A DNA stretch of 64,000 bases from Deltaproteobacteria bacterium UBA6601 (GCA_002433485.1 DJIF01000084.1:61286-125285); one strand, 5' to 3'. Positions 51,065 to 60,651 are shown, numbered from the stretch's first letter. Translations and numbers: made by a program. The notes: generated by a model from the sequence alone, not told the origin.

Positions 51065-51163
51065 TGCGTCCCCTTGCCTTACGCCCATCATTCCTAGTCC
51101 AACACGCAGCCTCGTTCAAGGTAACCCTTGCAGCAGCAGCGCGGACCGCTATCTTTCCAGACC

Positions 51164-51850
51164 ATGCGCGTCGCAGTCATCATCCCTGCACTCAATGAAG
51201 AGCGCGCCCTACCGCTGGTGCTCGACGACCTGGCAGCCCATCTTGAAGCAGAAATCATCGTCGTTGACAACGGCAGCACTGACAAGACTCCGGACGTTGC
51301 GAGCAGCCGGGGCGTGGTGCTCGTTACCGAGCCTGCACGCGGCTATGGGGCTGCCTGCCTGCGCGGAATCCGCTACCTGCAGGAGCGCGCCGAACCGCCT
51401 GAAGTGCTGGTCATTCTTGACGCTGATTACAGCGACGACAGCGCTGTCCTACCGGACTTCATCGCGCGGATCCGGCGCGGAGAAGCAGATCTCGTACTCT
51501 CAAGCCGAACCCAAGGCGGCGCAGAGCCCGGGTCCATGACCGAGGTTCAGATCTGGGGCAACCGACTGCAGACCTTCGCCCTACGCCATCGTTTTGGGCT
51601 GGAGTTGACCGACATGGGACCAATGCGGGCAATCTCATGGCAGGCGCTGATGGCTCTGAAGATGCAAGACCGAACCTGGGGCTGGAACATTGAAATGGCC
51701 TGCAAAGCCGCGCGACAGAAACTGCGGGTCCAGGAGCTGCCCGTTTCGTATCGGAACAGGGTCGGGCAGAGCAAGATTTCAGGCAGTTTCCAGGGCGCGG
51801 CCAGGGCCGGCGCCAAGATCCTATGGGCGCTAGCGAGATACGGAATTTAG
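51164..51850 (+). CDS. Glycosyltransferase family 2
   Basis: IIPALNEE, VVDNGSTD, GYGAAC, LDADYSD, TDMGPMRAI and YRNRVGQSKI. Confidence 0.9.
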   Translation: MRVAVIIPALNEERALPLVLDDLAAHLEAEIIVVDNGSTDKTPDVASSRGVVLVTEPARGYGAACLRGIRYLQERAEPPEVLVILDADYSDDSAVLPDFIARIRRGEADLVLSSRTQGGAEPGSMTEVQIWGNRLQTFALRHRFGLELTDMGPMRAISWQALMALKMQDRTWGWNIEMACKAARQKLRVQELPVSYRNRVGQSKISGSFQGAARAGAKILWALARYGI

Positions 51851-51919
51851 AAAAGCTATATAATAAAATTATTCTTTAAATACATGTTATTAGGTGATAA
51901 TACTTAACAATATATATTA
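51851..51919. other. Extremely AT-rich intergenic patch
   Basis: 10 G+C in 69 nt. Contains TATAAT (51859-51864) and the palindrome AATATATATT. Confidence 0.8.
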
Positions 51920-52096
51920 CGTGTCTTCCGGTTTTTTCGGGTCGATTCTGCCTGTGTGAGGGTGGCTATTATCGACCGCAATCGAGACCAGACCACAGCG
52001 AGTCAGGGCCAGCCGGCCTCAGCTAAATCGCTGCGTGCGGCTTCGATAAGATCCGGTGCTGTGGCGCGCAGCAGACGGCTGGGCTAGTCTCCGGCC

Positions 52097-52975
52097 ATGC
52101 GCATTAAAAAGTTCCCCCTCCCCTTCCTGCTATTCCTCATAAGTTCGCTGGTGGTGGTGGCCTGTACCCGACCTAGTGGCGACGATGATGACTCCACCGC
52201 CATGGATGACGACGACACCAGCGGCGATGACGACGACACCAGCGGCGATGACGACGACTCCGCTGCGGGCGACGACGACGACAGTACCCAACCCATCCCC
52301 TCCGATGATGGCGATGGCGCGGCTGACGACCTGATTTACGAGATTCAAACCGGGGCTACCGCAGAAGGCGTGTTCGTTGACGTTCAAAATGTCGTAATTA
52401 CTGGGGTCCACCAGTATGGAGTGTTCGTTCAGGAGCCCCTGTCTGGAGCCTACAGCGGGGTTTGGGTCTATACCGGAGCCGATGCTGGCACCTTCACCAC
52501 CGGACAGATGGTGAACGTCGGTGGGATGACCGAAGAGTACGCTGGTTCAAGCGGTGATTGGGCGGACACGGTCACCGAGATCAACGTAGGGGCCTACTTG
52601 CCCGGCGCTGGAGATGATGACGACTCAGCCGAGCCTGGTCCCACAGTCAACGCCTACATTGAGGGCAGCAGCGCGACACCTGCCACCATTGTTGGCCAGG
52701 TGCTCGATGTCGCGGTGTTCACGACTGCCGATATCGAACGCTGGGAAGGGGTGCTGGTCACCGTAGAGAACGTCACCGTAACCGTGGCTCCCGACAACTA
52801 TGGCGCGTGGACCGTAACCGGAGGCGTTCGAGTCGATGACAAGCTGTTTACCTACAACGACCCTGACGGACCAAGCATCGGCACCAGCTTCGCTTCCATT
52901 ACTGGAGTTCTCGACTACAGCTGGGGCGAATACAAGATCACTCCCCGTGACGCCAGCGACTTCGTAGTCCCCTAG
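52097..52975 (+). CDS. Lipoprotein with GDDDD(S/T) acidic repeats and OB-fold-like (extracellular nuclease-associated type) domains
   Basis: LVVVAC lipobox. IYEIQ..VVITGV..GVFVQE..YSGVWVY, then EGVLVTV..YG.W and GVLDYSWGEYKITPR. No nuclease catalytic domain seen. Confidence 0.75.
   Translation: MRIKKFPLPFLLFLISSLVVVACTRPSGDDDDSTAMDDDDTSGDDDDTSGDDDDSAAGDDDDSTQPIPSDDGDGAADDLIYEIQTGATAEGVFVDVQNVVITGVHQYGVFVQEPLSGAYSGVWVYTGADAGTFTTGQMVNVGGMTEEYAGSSGDWADTVTEINVGAYLPGAGDDDDSAEPGPTVNAYIEGSSATPATIVGQVLDVAVFTTADIERWEGVLVTVENVTVTVAPDNYGAWTVTGGVRVDDKLFTYNDPDGPSIGTSFASITGVLDYSWGEYKITPRDASDFVVP
52178..52285 (+). repeat. Coding tandem repeat of DDDD(S/T) blocks
   Basis: Five DDDD blocks, including an exact 21-nt duplication GATGACGACGACACCAGCGGC at 52205-52225 and 52226-52246. 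Confidence 0.95.
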
Positions 52976-53065
52976 CCTGCGCAGCCGGATGGAGCCACTA
53001 AGAGTTGCTGTTTGCGCCTGACTGATTGGTCCTCACTCGCAACGATCCCAACCGAGCCGAGCACG

Positions 53066-54508
53066 ATGCCCAGAGAAATCCCTGTCTCCGTAAAAAACAT
53101 CCACTTAATGGGCGTGTGCGGCACCGGCATGGGTGCCTTTGCCGGATTACTTAAAGAAGCGGGCTACAACGTGCGTGGCTCCGACGCGGGAGTCTATCCG
53201 CCCATGTCCACCCAGCTCGAGAAAGAAGGCATCGAGCTCATGGAGGGCTATCGCCCCCAAAATCTGGCGCCACACCCCGATCTGGTGGTGGTCGGCAACG
53301 TCATTCGCCGGGACAACTTGGAGGCAGCGGAAGTCCGCGCGCAAGACCTCTGCTATGCGTCGTTTCCGGAGACTTTAGGAGAGCTATTCCTTAAGCATCG
53401 TCATCCGGTCGTAGTCGCCGGAACGCATGGCAAGACAACGACCTGCTCACTGCTCGCTCACCTCTACTATGAACTGGGCACTGACCCGGGCTTCCTGGTC
53501 GGCGGGGTGCTTGAGAACTTCGGTAAGAACTATCGGGTTGGGCGCGAGGGAGGTCCCTTCGTCGTCGAAGGTGATGAATACGACACCGCCTACTTCGACA
53601 AGGTACCGAAGTTCGTTCACTACCGACCCCAGAGTGCCATTCTCACCTCAGTTGAGTTCGACCACGCCGATATTTACCGCGATCTCGATCACGTAAAGGA
53701 GGCCTTCAACTCCTTTGTTGATCTGATCCCAAGCGACGGCATCCTGCTGGCCTGTGCAGACGGCAGCCATGTCGCCGAGATCGCTGACCGCTGCGGTGGC
53801 CAGGTCGAGTACTACAGCACCAGAGATGCAGCAGGAGCGCTGTGGTCAGCTCGGGTGATCAGTGCCGACCCTGCCGGCATGAGCTTCGAGGTTCGCAAAG
53901 CCAACCAGGCTCTCGGGACCTTCCGCGCCTGCCTGGTCGGGGAGCACAACCTCGCTAATCTCTGCGCAGTCATCGCCCTGCTCTGCCACCAGGGGCACGC
54001 AGTAAAAGACATCGCCGCGGCTCTGAGTTCCTATCAGGGAGTGCGCCGAAGGCAGACCGTTTTTGCTGAGCCAAGAGGCATTACCCTGATTGATGACTTT
54101 GCCCACCATCCAACCGCGGTAAAAGCGACCATTGCTGCGACTCGGCTACGCTTTGGTGCGAACCGGCGACTGTGGACGGTGTTCGAACCCCGAACCAACA
54201 CCACCCGGCGTAGTTTCTTTCAGACCGAATACGGTCGCGCCTTTAATGACACGCAGCACCTGCTGGTGGCCCCAGTGCATCGCGCCGAGGCAATCGCTGC
54301 AGAGGAACGCTTTGACCCGGACCGCCTGGTGCTTGACGTACAGCAGCAGGGAGTACATGCGAGCCTCTGTAGCAGCGTCGAAGAAATTGTCGCCAGACTC
54401 AGCGCCGAGACCCGCAGCGGGGACATCGTCCTGATCCTGTCGAACGGCGGCTTCGAAGGGATCTATGAGAAGCTACCGGCCGCACTGGAGCCGGCGACAT
54501 CTCGGTGA
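53066..54508 (+). CDS. mpl: UDP-MurNAc:L-Ala-gamma-D-Glu-meso-DAP ligase (murein peptide ligase)
   Basis: GVCGTGMG, YPPMSTQL, VAGTHGKTTT, EGDEYDTAYFDK, VEFDHADI, DDFAHHPTA and FEPRTNT. Confidence 0.9.
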   Translation: MPREIPVSVKNIHLMGVCGTGMGAFAGLLKEAGYNVRGSDAGVYPPMSTQLEKEGIELMEGYRPQNLAPHPDLVVVGNVIRRDNLEAAEVRAQDLCYASFPETLGELFLKHRHPVVVAGTHGKTTTCSLLAHLYYELGTDPGFLVGGVLENFGKNYRVGREGGPFVVEGDEYDTAYFDKVPKFVHYRPQSAILTSVEFDHADIYRDLDHVKEAFNSFVDLIPSDGILLACADGSHVAEIADRCGGQVEYYSTRDAAGALWSARVISADPAGMSFEVRKANQALGTFRACLVGEHNLANLCAVIALLCHQGHAVKDIAAALSSYQGVRRRQTVFAEPRGITLIDDFAHHPTAVKATIAATRLRFGANRRLWTVFEPRTNTTRRSFFQTEYGRAFNDTQHLLVAPVHRAEAIAAEERFDPDRLVLDVQQQGVHASLCSSVEEIVARLSAETRSGDIVLILSNGGFEGIYEKLPAALEPATSR

Positions 54509-55431
54509 TCAGCAGGCTCGGACCGCGCCGATTAGCGGCCGGCCTCAGCGTAGTTCGCTCCCTGCCAGGGCGGCGAGGGCGGCGACTGCTGTCACGGCTC
54601 AGGGGCAACCGACTACGGGAGCAGTCATTCTGGCTCACCAACACCTCGGGGTACCGGATCGCTGCCCACTTGCATGAACCGAGCGATGTTCTCCCCAGGC
54701 CAGCGGTAGTGCTGGTTCCGGCCCGAGGTATCGGCGGCGAGGTGTTCTGCTCACGCCCTTACCTCCTCAATGCCCAAGAGCTAGCTGCCCAGGGAATCCG
54801 CTGTCTGCACTTCGATCCGGTCGGCCGAGGTGCGTCTTGGGGACATGATGACTTCGCAGGCCTGGAAGGGCAGGATTCCCTGCGCACTGTGCTCGACTTC
54901 ATCCATTCGCTGCGCCGGGTGAAGGGGGACCGGGTGGGCGTCATCAGTTTTTCCAGCGGGCTGTGTCTGGCGGCCCCCTGTCTGGCCCGCGAAGGCAGGC
55001 GTCTTGGCACCCGCTTTCTAATTGACTGGGAAGGACCAGCAAGCCGCCACGAGCTGCTGCGCGGCGGTCCGCTACCATCGACAGCCAGAAGTGCAATGGC
55101 CCGTGATCCAGACGCTTTCTGGGCACTCCGCGAGCCCATCACCTGGATCGACAAGGTGCCCTGCCACTACCTGCGGATTCAAGGCCCGAGTCAACAGAGT
55201 CAGGGCGCCGGAGACGAACAGGCTGCGCTCCAGTTGGTGTCAGCTGCTACTCAGGGACAGGCAGCCAGCACCCGCCTGTGGGGCAATCCCAGAGACACCA
55301 GCTGGCGCATCGAGCAACACAGTGATCTACGCTGGGCACCCCACGACGCAGGTCCGCTCAACCGTGTCCTGATTCAGTCCACCCTAGAGATGAGTGGCAT
55401 TGACCCGTCTGGAGCAGATTCCCCTTCCTGA
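54505..55431 (+). CDS. Alpha/beta hydrolase fold protein
   Basis: FDPVGRGASWG and a nucleophile-elbow-like VGVISFSSG. GTGA overlap with mpl. Confidence 0.65.
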   Translation: MISRLGPRRLAAGLSVVRSLPGRRGRRLLSRLRGNRLREQSFWLTNTSGYRIAAHLHEPSDVLPRPAVVLVPARGIGGEVFCSRPYLLNAQELAAQGIRCLHFDPVGRGASWGHDDFAGLEGQDSLRTVLDFIHSLRRVKGDRVGVISFSSGLCLAAPCLAREGRRLGTRFLIDWEGPASRHELLRGGPLPSTARSAMARDPDAFWALREPITWIDKVPCHYLRIQGPSQQSQGAGDEQAALQLVSAATQGQAASTRLWGNPRDTSWRIEQHSDLRWAPHDAGPLNRVLIQSTLEMSGIDPSGADSPS

Positions 55432-55448
55432 CCCTAGCCCCCCCAAGC

Positions 55449-55498
55449 CAGGCAATGTTAACTAGAGCTGTTCAGGCAATGTTAACTAGAGCTGTTCA
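55449..55498. repeat. Perfect 24-bp tandem duplication upstream of the usp gene
   Basis: CAGGCAATGTTAACTAGAGCTGTT at 55449-55472 and 55473-55496, followed by CA. Confidence 0.95.
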
Positions 55499-55525
55499 AC
55501 CTTATGCCCTGGAGCGCTAGCAGCT

Positions 55526-56017
55526 ATGTACGCCTTCAAGCACATTCTCGTACCAACGGACCACTCCCAGTGCGCACGCAAGGCCCTGGGCCTCGCTATC
55601 ACCTTTGCACTCCGATTCGACTCGGACCTCTACCTGCTCTATGTCGAAGACAATCGACCTGACTCAAAGACCTGGGAAAAGAACGAGACCGCAAATCAAG
55701 AAATCCATCAGCTTGAGAGTGACGAAGCGCGTTGTCTCGAGACCTATCTGGAGGTCGCCGCCGAGGTGGCCGACTACACTGGACTGCCGGAAATGAACCG
55801 TGACAAGATCCACGTACGGGTTGGCGCCGGTGACCCAGCTGCCCAGATCCTGGCCGCAGCCGAGGACGCCAGCATCGACCTGATCGTTATGGGCACCCAC
55901 GGCCGCAGCAGCATCAAAGACTTCTTCGTCGGTTCTACCGCTGAGATGGTGGTTCGCCGCTCCACCTGCAACGTACTGGCAGTCAAGCCGGACGGTTACC
56001 CCTACCTGCGTGACTGA
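55526..56017 (+). CDS. Universal stress protein
   Basis: FKHILVPTDHS, DLIVMGTHGR, FVGSTAEMVVR and CNVLAVK. Confidence 0.9.
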   Translation: MYAFKHILVPTDHSQCARKALGLAITFALRFDSDLYLLYVEDNRPDSKTWEKNETANQEIHQLESDEARCLETYLEVAAEVADYTGLPEMNRDKIHVRVGAGDPAAQILAAAEDASIDLIVMGTHGRSSIKDFFVGSTAEMVVRRSTCNVLAVKPDGYPYLRD

Positions 56018-56750
56018 GCCCCGCCAGCCCTGGGTTCTTGAGACCCGCAACCTTCGTCGCTGCTATGGCGAGCACGTCGTCGTGGAAGGTCTCAATCTTA
56101 CCGTTGGCAAGGGCGACATCTACGGCTTCCTGGGCCCCAACGGAGCCGGCAAGACGACCACCATGAGAATGATTCTTGGGCTCATCGCACGGGATGCTGG
56201 CGAGGTCCTGGTGTTCGGCTCCGCAGACCCAATCAAGGCCCGCGCCAGAATCGGTGGCATCGTAGAGGGACCACGCTTCTACCCATATCTGTCGGGACGC
56301 GAGAACCTGCGCATCTTCGCCGCCTACTCTGGCGGCTGCGAGGAGCAAAGACTGGACGAGCTACTTGAACTCGTGCGACTACGAGAACGCTGCCTGGACC
56401 GGGTGAGCACTTACTCCCTTGGTATGCGACAACGCCTCGGCATCGCCCAAGCTCTGCTCAACGCTCCCGATCTGCTGCTACTGGACGAACCCAGCAACGG
56501 CCTGGACCCAAAAGGCATCAGAGAGATGCGGGAGCTGATTCTGCGGCTGCGCGACGAAAATGGGCTCACCGTTTTCGTGTCCTCCCATGTGCTTTCAGAG
56601 CTGGACCGGCTGTGCAACCGAATCGGAATCCTGCAGGACGGGCGAAAGGTTGCTGAGGGCCCGACCGCCGAGCTGCTCCGGGACGGCGAAGATCTGGAAT
56701 CCGCCTTCTTGCGGATCACCGCACAAGTCGAGGGAGCACAGATCAAGTGA
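56010..56750 (+). CDS. ABC exporter ATP-binding protein
   Basis: GPNGAGKTT, YSLGMRQRLG, LLLDEP and VSSH. Confidence 0.93.
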   Translation: MTEPRQPWVLETRNLRRCYGEHVVVEGLNLTVGKGDIYGFLGPNGAGKTTTMRMILGLIARDAGEVLVFGSADPIKARARIGGIVEGPRFYPYLSGRENLRIFAAYSGGCEEQRLDELLELVRLRERCLDRVSTYSLGMRQRLGIAQALLNAPDLLLLDEPSNGLDPKGIREMRELILRLRDENGLTVFVSSHVLSELDRLCNRIGILQDGRKVAEGPTAELLRDGEDLESAFLRITAQVEGAQIK

Positions 56751-57703
56751 GCGACAGGTCCAGCTTCTCCCTGCTGTGCAGCGCCGAGTTCCGCAAGCTA
56801 CGTGGGCGAGGTCTACTGCCGGCAGTGCTGCTGTTCGGCGCCGCCCATGGAATCGCCGCAGGCCTCGGCATACGAGCCCTTGAGCTGCTAGGTGGAAAGG
56901 CCCTTGATGCCTCTGGGGTGGAGTCCAGCAGAGACCTCCTGGATTTCACGGTTGCCGGCGAGGTCGCCCTGCAGCTCGCCGCAGCACCGATCCATGGTTT
57001 CGCCATGCTGCTGCTGTTTGCCATCCTCTGGGCAGAAGACTTCTCGCTGGGAACCATGGCAATGATCGTCTCTCGACCGGTGGCCCGCTGGCGAGTCTTT
57101 GCTGCCAAGTTCACCGTTGGCAGCTGCTGCGCAGCTGCCTCCCTGCTAATGGCCTTGCTTACTGCCCTGGTCCTGGGCACAGCACTATTCGGCCTGAACG
57201 GGGACCTCTCAGCCCTGGAGAGTATTCCTCTGGTGGGATGGATGGCAGCCCTACCTTCCCTGCCCATGCGGCTGATTCACCTGCTCAGCGGCGTGCTCGC
57301 CGGAACCCTGGTTTTGCTGCCCGCGCTGGGCATCACCGCACTGCTTGGAAACCTGAGTCGATCACCGGTACTGACCTTGTTCAGCTCGCTGCTGATCCTG
57401 CTGGCCGACTTCTTTGCCCACGGTATTTTAAGTATCTGGAGCAACAGCCAACTGCGTGGTGCTGAGCTGGCCGAAATGGTGCAGCCTTGGACGCTCTGGG
57501 GCAGCGGCCGAGCGCTGTTCAAGATCCACGGACCCTGGGCTGAGAGCTGGACCATCGAGGCCGCCTCCGTACAGACCGCCGAGCTGGTGAACGACCCGAG
57601 TCTCTGGAGTCAGCTGGGTCAACCCCTATTGGGAACCCTGATCTGGACACTGCTATTCACCAGCCTGGGCCTGCTCCTGTTCCGATCCCGCGATGTGAGC
57701 TGA
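56747..57703 (+). CDS. ABC-2 type permease
   Basis: AEFRK N-terminus, EDFSLGT...VSRPVARW.VFAAKF, multiple TMs, and the typical F..RDV C-terminus. Confidence 0.8.
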   Translation: MSDRSSFSLLCSAEFRKLRGRGLLPAVLLFGAAHGIAAGLGIRALELLGGKALDASGVESSRDLLDFTVAGEVALQLAAAPIHGFAMLLLFAILWAEDFSLGTMAMIVSRPVARWRVFAAKFTVGSCCAAASLLMALLTALVLGTALFGLNGDLSALESIPLVGWMAALPSLPMRLIHLLSGVLAGTLVLLPALGITALLGNLSRSPVLTLFSSLLILLADFFAHGILSIWSNSQLRGAELAEMVQPWTLWGSGRALFKIHGPWAESWTIEAASVQTAELVNDPSLWSQLGQPLLGTLIWTLLFTSLGLLLFRSRDVS

Positions 57704-57705
57704 AC

Positions 57706-59904
57706 TCAGGGAGCAACCATGGGAAAGGGCCCGGCCAGCTTCTGACCACCCACTACCAGGCCCCGATCAGGCAGCACAGCAAAGGCCCCATGCATGCTGG
57801 TCGCAAAGGGGCCTGACAGGACCGAAGCTGCCGTGTCCAGGGGATCGTAGACCCGCACTTGCAGGTTGCCCCCTGCTACAACCCTAGAGCCGACCACCTC
57901 AATCTGCTCCACAGCGTACTGGGCAGCGCTCTCCTCAAGGACCTGGACCTTCCAGCCGCTCGCACCGCGACGGGCAATGCTGGGCCGATAGCGAGCGAGC
58001 TTGCCGTAGTTAATGTGCCAGCCATCGCCAAACACCAACTCACTGACCCCATCGCCATTCAGATCACCGGCGCCTACCGCCCGCACCCCGCGCAGGCTCG
58101 GAATCTGCTCCGTAGTACCGTTCCCCAGCAATACTCGAAGGTCTCCATGTTCGCCCTTCTGGTCACCGTAGAGGCGTCCTACCGCCACATCAGAGCGCCC
58201 ATCCCCATCAAAATCGCCGACCGCGCGGGCCATTCCCATTCTCAAGCTGTGTCCGGGCAACCAATCGGGCTCCCCGCCGGCCCTCGAAAGCACTCCACCA
58301 CGCACCACAAAGCGACTCTCAAAAGCCGCGAGGTAGAGGTCATAACCATCGCCATCTCGCCTCCATGGGGCAAGAGCAGTAGCCTGGTTACGAGCGCCGG
58401 TGAGTAACGTGAGCCTCTTGCTCACGATCTGCCCACGCTGCTCTTCAAAAAGCACGACCTCCAAAGAGGCCTTGGGAAAGCCTCTACCCTGCCCAAAGGC
58501 CACCACCAGTTCATCCTTACCATCGCCATCGAGGTCCTCGGCCAACCAGGTCTGGACCATGCCCTGTCCCCGATACGACCAGCGAAAACGGGGCTGCCCG
58601 GCAGCTGCAGGCCAGGGCCCCAGGCGGAGTTCGGCACCTGAAGCTGCCAGCACTTCAAATGCCCCGCCACCTCGCACGTCGACGCTCAGGACCCGGTCAA
58701 CGGAAGACATGGGAACCATCGAAGCCGCAGCTGGTGAGACGCTCTCAGAGGCCACGGAAGCTACAGACTCGGTACCTGACTTTGCCCCGCCAGCCTCCGA
58801 CTCCGGAGTGGGCTGCCGAGTCTGGTCAATGGCAGGCGACGATGAACTGCAGCCAAACAAGGCGAGACCACTCAACAGGACCAGTAAGGCCAGCATCGGG
58901 GTCTTAGACGCGCGTCCCGGTAGATCTCTGACAAAGGCTGGCAGAGCGATCCCGCTCAGCGTTGAACGAAGACCTGCAAACAGCGCACGCGCTGAAGCTT
59001 CCGGGACCTCGAAATGGGCCACACCTTCAACCCGGTCCAGTTGGTGTAGATAGTAAGGCTTCACCCCCAGATCAACGAGGCCTTCAAACAGCTCAGCCAG
59101 CAGCTCCGGGTCATCGTTGACACCAGCGAGAAGCACACTCTGATTCAGCACGGGAATCCCTGCTCGGAGCAGCCGTTGGCAACAAGCACGCGCCTGCTCC
59201 GTGAGTTCACGAGGATGATTGAAGTGCGTAACCAGCCACAGGGGTAGGCGCTGGCCAGTGAGGCGCTCAAGAAGGCTCTCATCAATGCGCTCTGGGAGTA
59301 CCACCGGAAAGCGGCTATGAATCCGAATCCGGCGCAAGTGAGCAATCGTTGAGAGTTCCTCCACCAATGCAACGAGTCGGTCATCAGAGAGGCTCAGAGG
59401 ATCGCCTCCAGAGAGGATCACCTCACGAATGCTCGGGTCCTCTCGAATAACCTCGAGGGCACGCTTCATCACCGGTCCTCTACCTCGCAACTCCTGGTAA
59501 GGGTAGCTACGCCGAAAGCAATATCGGCAGTGCACCGGGCAGGCTGAATTAGTCACCAGCAGGGCCCGACCTGGATACTTGTGGACCAGCCCTGGTGCCT
59601 TGTGATGAGCAGGATCAAGGTCACCTACAGCGTCAAGGCAGTAGCCAGCGGGCCCCTCCTCAAGCTCGCGTGGGTCAGGCAGGATCTGGGCCAGAATCGG
59701 ATCCTTTGGATCGGAACCGTCGGCAAGGCCCAGATAGTAGTCCGTCGCGAGAAAACCAAAGCGCCGATGCGCCTCTTCCGCTGCCGCCAGTTGCTCTGCT
59801 GAATCAAGCCGGGCGCCTCCCCACCGGCGCAGCTCATCGAGACCGGTAACAAAAGCGCCGCGCCAGGACCTGGCAGGCTGCGGCTTGGGCGAGGACTGAT
59901 TCAT
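57706..59904 (-). CDS. epmB: EF-P beta-lysylation lysine 2,3-aminomutase (EpmB/KamA) fused to a lipoprotein-type signal and FG-GAP repeat domain
   Basis: HKYPGRALL, CPVHCRYCFRR, LSGGDPL, HFNHPRE, NQSVLL, YYLHQLD and GRASKTP, followed directly by MLALLVLLSGLALFGC and three DxDGDG FG-GAP motifs. ATG 59904 has GGAG upstream. Confidence 0.85.
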   Translation of the reverse strand: MNQSSPKPQPARSWRGAFVTGLDELRRWGGARLDSAEQLAAAEEAHRRFGFLATDYYLGLADGSDPKDPILAQILPDPRELEEGPAGYCLDAVGDLDPAHHKAPGLVHKYPGRALLVTNSACPVHCRYCFRRSYPYQELRGRGPVMKRALEVIREDPSIREVILSGGDPLSLSDDRLVALVEELSTIAHLRRIRIHSRFPVVLPERIDESLLERLTGQRLPLWLVTHFNHPRELTEQARACCQRLLRAGIPVLNQSVLLAGVNDDPELLAELFEGLVDLGVKPYYLHQLDRVEGVAHFEVPEASARALFAGLRSTLSGIALPAFVRDLPGRASKTPMLALLVLLSGLALFGCSSSSPAIDQTRQPTPESEAGGAKSGTESVASVASESVSPAAASMVPMSSVDRVLSVDVRGGGAFEVLAASGAELRLGPWPAAAGQPRFRWSYRGQGMVQTWLAEDLDGDGKDELVVAFGQGRGFPKASLEVVLFEEQRGQIVSKRLTLLTGARNQATALAPWRRDGDGYDLYLAAFESRFVVRGGVLSRAGGEPDWLPGHSLRMGMARAVGDFDGDGRSDVAVGRLYGDQKGEHGDLRVLLGNGTTEQIPSLRGVRAVGAGDLNGDGVSELVFGDGWHINYGKLARYRPSIARRGASGWKVQVLEESAAQYAVEQIEVVGSRVVAGGNLQVRVYDPLDTAASVLSGPFATSMHGAFAVLPDRGLVVGGQKLAGPFPMVAP

Positions 59905-60079
59905 AACCGACTCCAAATAATGAGGCGAAGAGCCGAATCTAGCCGGAATCTGCACCCTCTTCACCAGGCAATGGTTAATTCTGACAACGCACTCACCGAT
60001 CGTTCCATTCCGTGCAGCCCAGCTTTTGTGTACAGTGCCGCAGCATCACACTCAACCCACCTGAGATCAGGAGCACGCA

Positions 60080-60649
60080 ATGGCCATGCTGAGTCACACT
60101 GAACTGCGAAAGGGCGTCAAGCTCGAGATCAACGGAGAGCCGGGCATCATTGTCTCCTCAGACTTCGTCAAGCCTGGCAAGGGGCAGGCCTTCACCCGAA
60201 TCAAGGTACGCAGCTTCCTGACCGGAAACACCCTTGAGCGAACCGTCAAGTCCAACGAGAAGATGCCAAAGGCAGACGTCGAAGAGCGCAACTGTCAGTT
60301 CCTCTATCGCGACAGCGAGGGTTTTCACTTCATGGATTCTGTCAGCTACGACCAACTTGCCTTAAGCGAAGAGGCGCTGGGCGACGCAGCCAAGTGGATG
60401 GAAGAGAACATGGAGGCGCGGCTGCTGATGTGGAAGGGCCGGCCGATCTCAGTAGAGCCGCCCAACTTTGTTGAACTGGAAATCACCAACTGCGAGCCAG
60501 GGGTAAAGGGCGATACAGCTCAGGGAGCCACTAAACCCGCCACCTTGAGCACAGGTGCTACGGTCAACGTGCCACTGTTCGTCAACGAGGGGGAATGGGT
60601 TCGCATTGACACCCGGACCGGTGACTACATGGAGAGAGTCAAGAGGTAG
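60080..60649 (+). CDS. efp: Elongation factor P
   Basis: FVKPGKGQAF (modifiable Lys), PGVKGDT and VPLFVNEGE. Confidence 0.98.
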   Translation: MAMLSHTELRKGVKLEINGEPGIIVSSDFVKPGKGQAFTRIKVRSFLTGNTLERTVKSNEKMPKADVEERNCQFLYRDSEGFHFMDSVSYDQLALSEEALGDAAKWMEENMEARLLMWKGRPISVEPPNFVELEITNCEPGVKGDTAQGATKPATLSTGATVNVPLFVNEGEWVRIDTRTGDYMERVKR

Positions 60650-60651
60650 CA

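Noticed and set aside
51851-51930. dif site or oriC unwinding element
   Set aside because: The putative XerD arm (TTGTTAAGT) is 2 nt short of TTATGTTAAAT at the correct spacing, I saw no DnaA boxes, and the strand skew does not appear to switch. Kept only as an AT-rich patch.
55449-55498. Mini CRISPR array
   Set aside because: The copies are directly adjacent with no spacer, and there are no cas genes.
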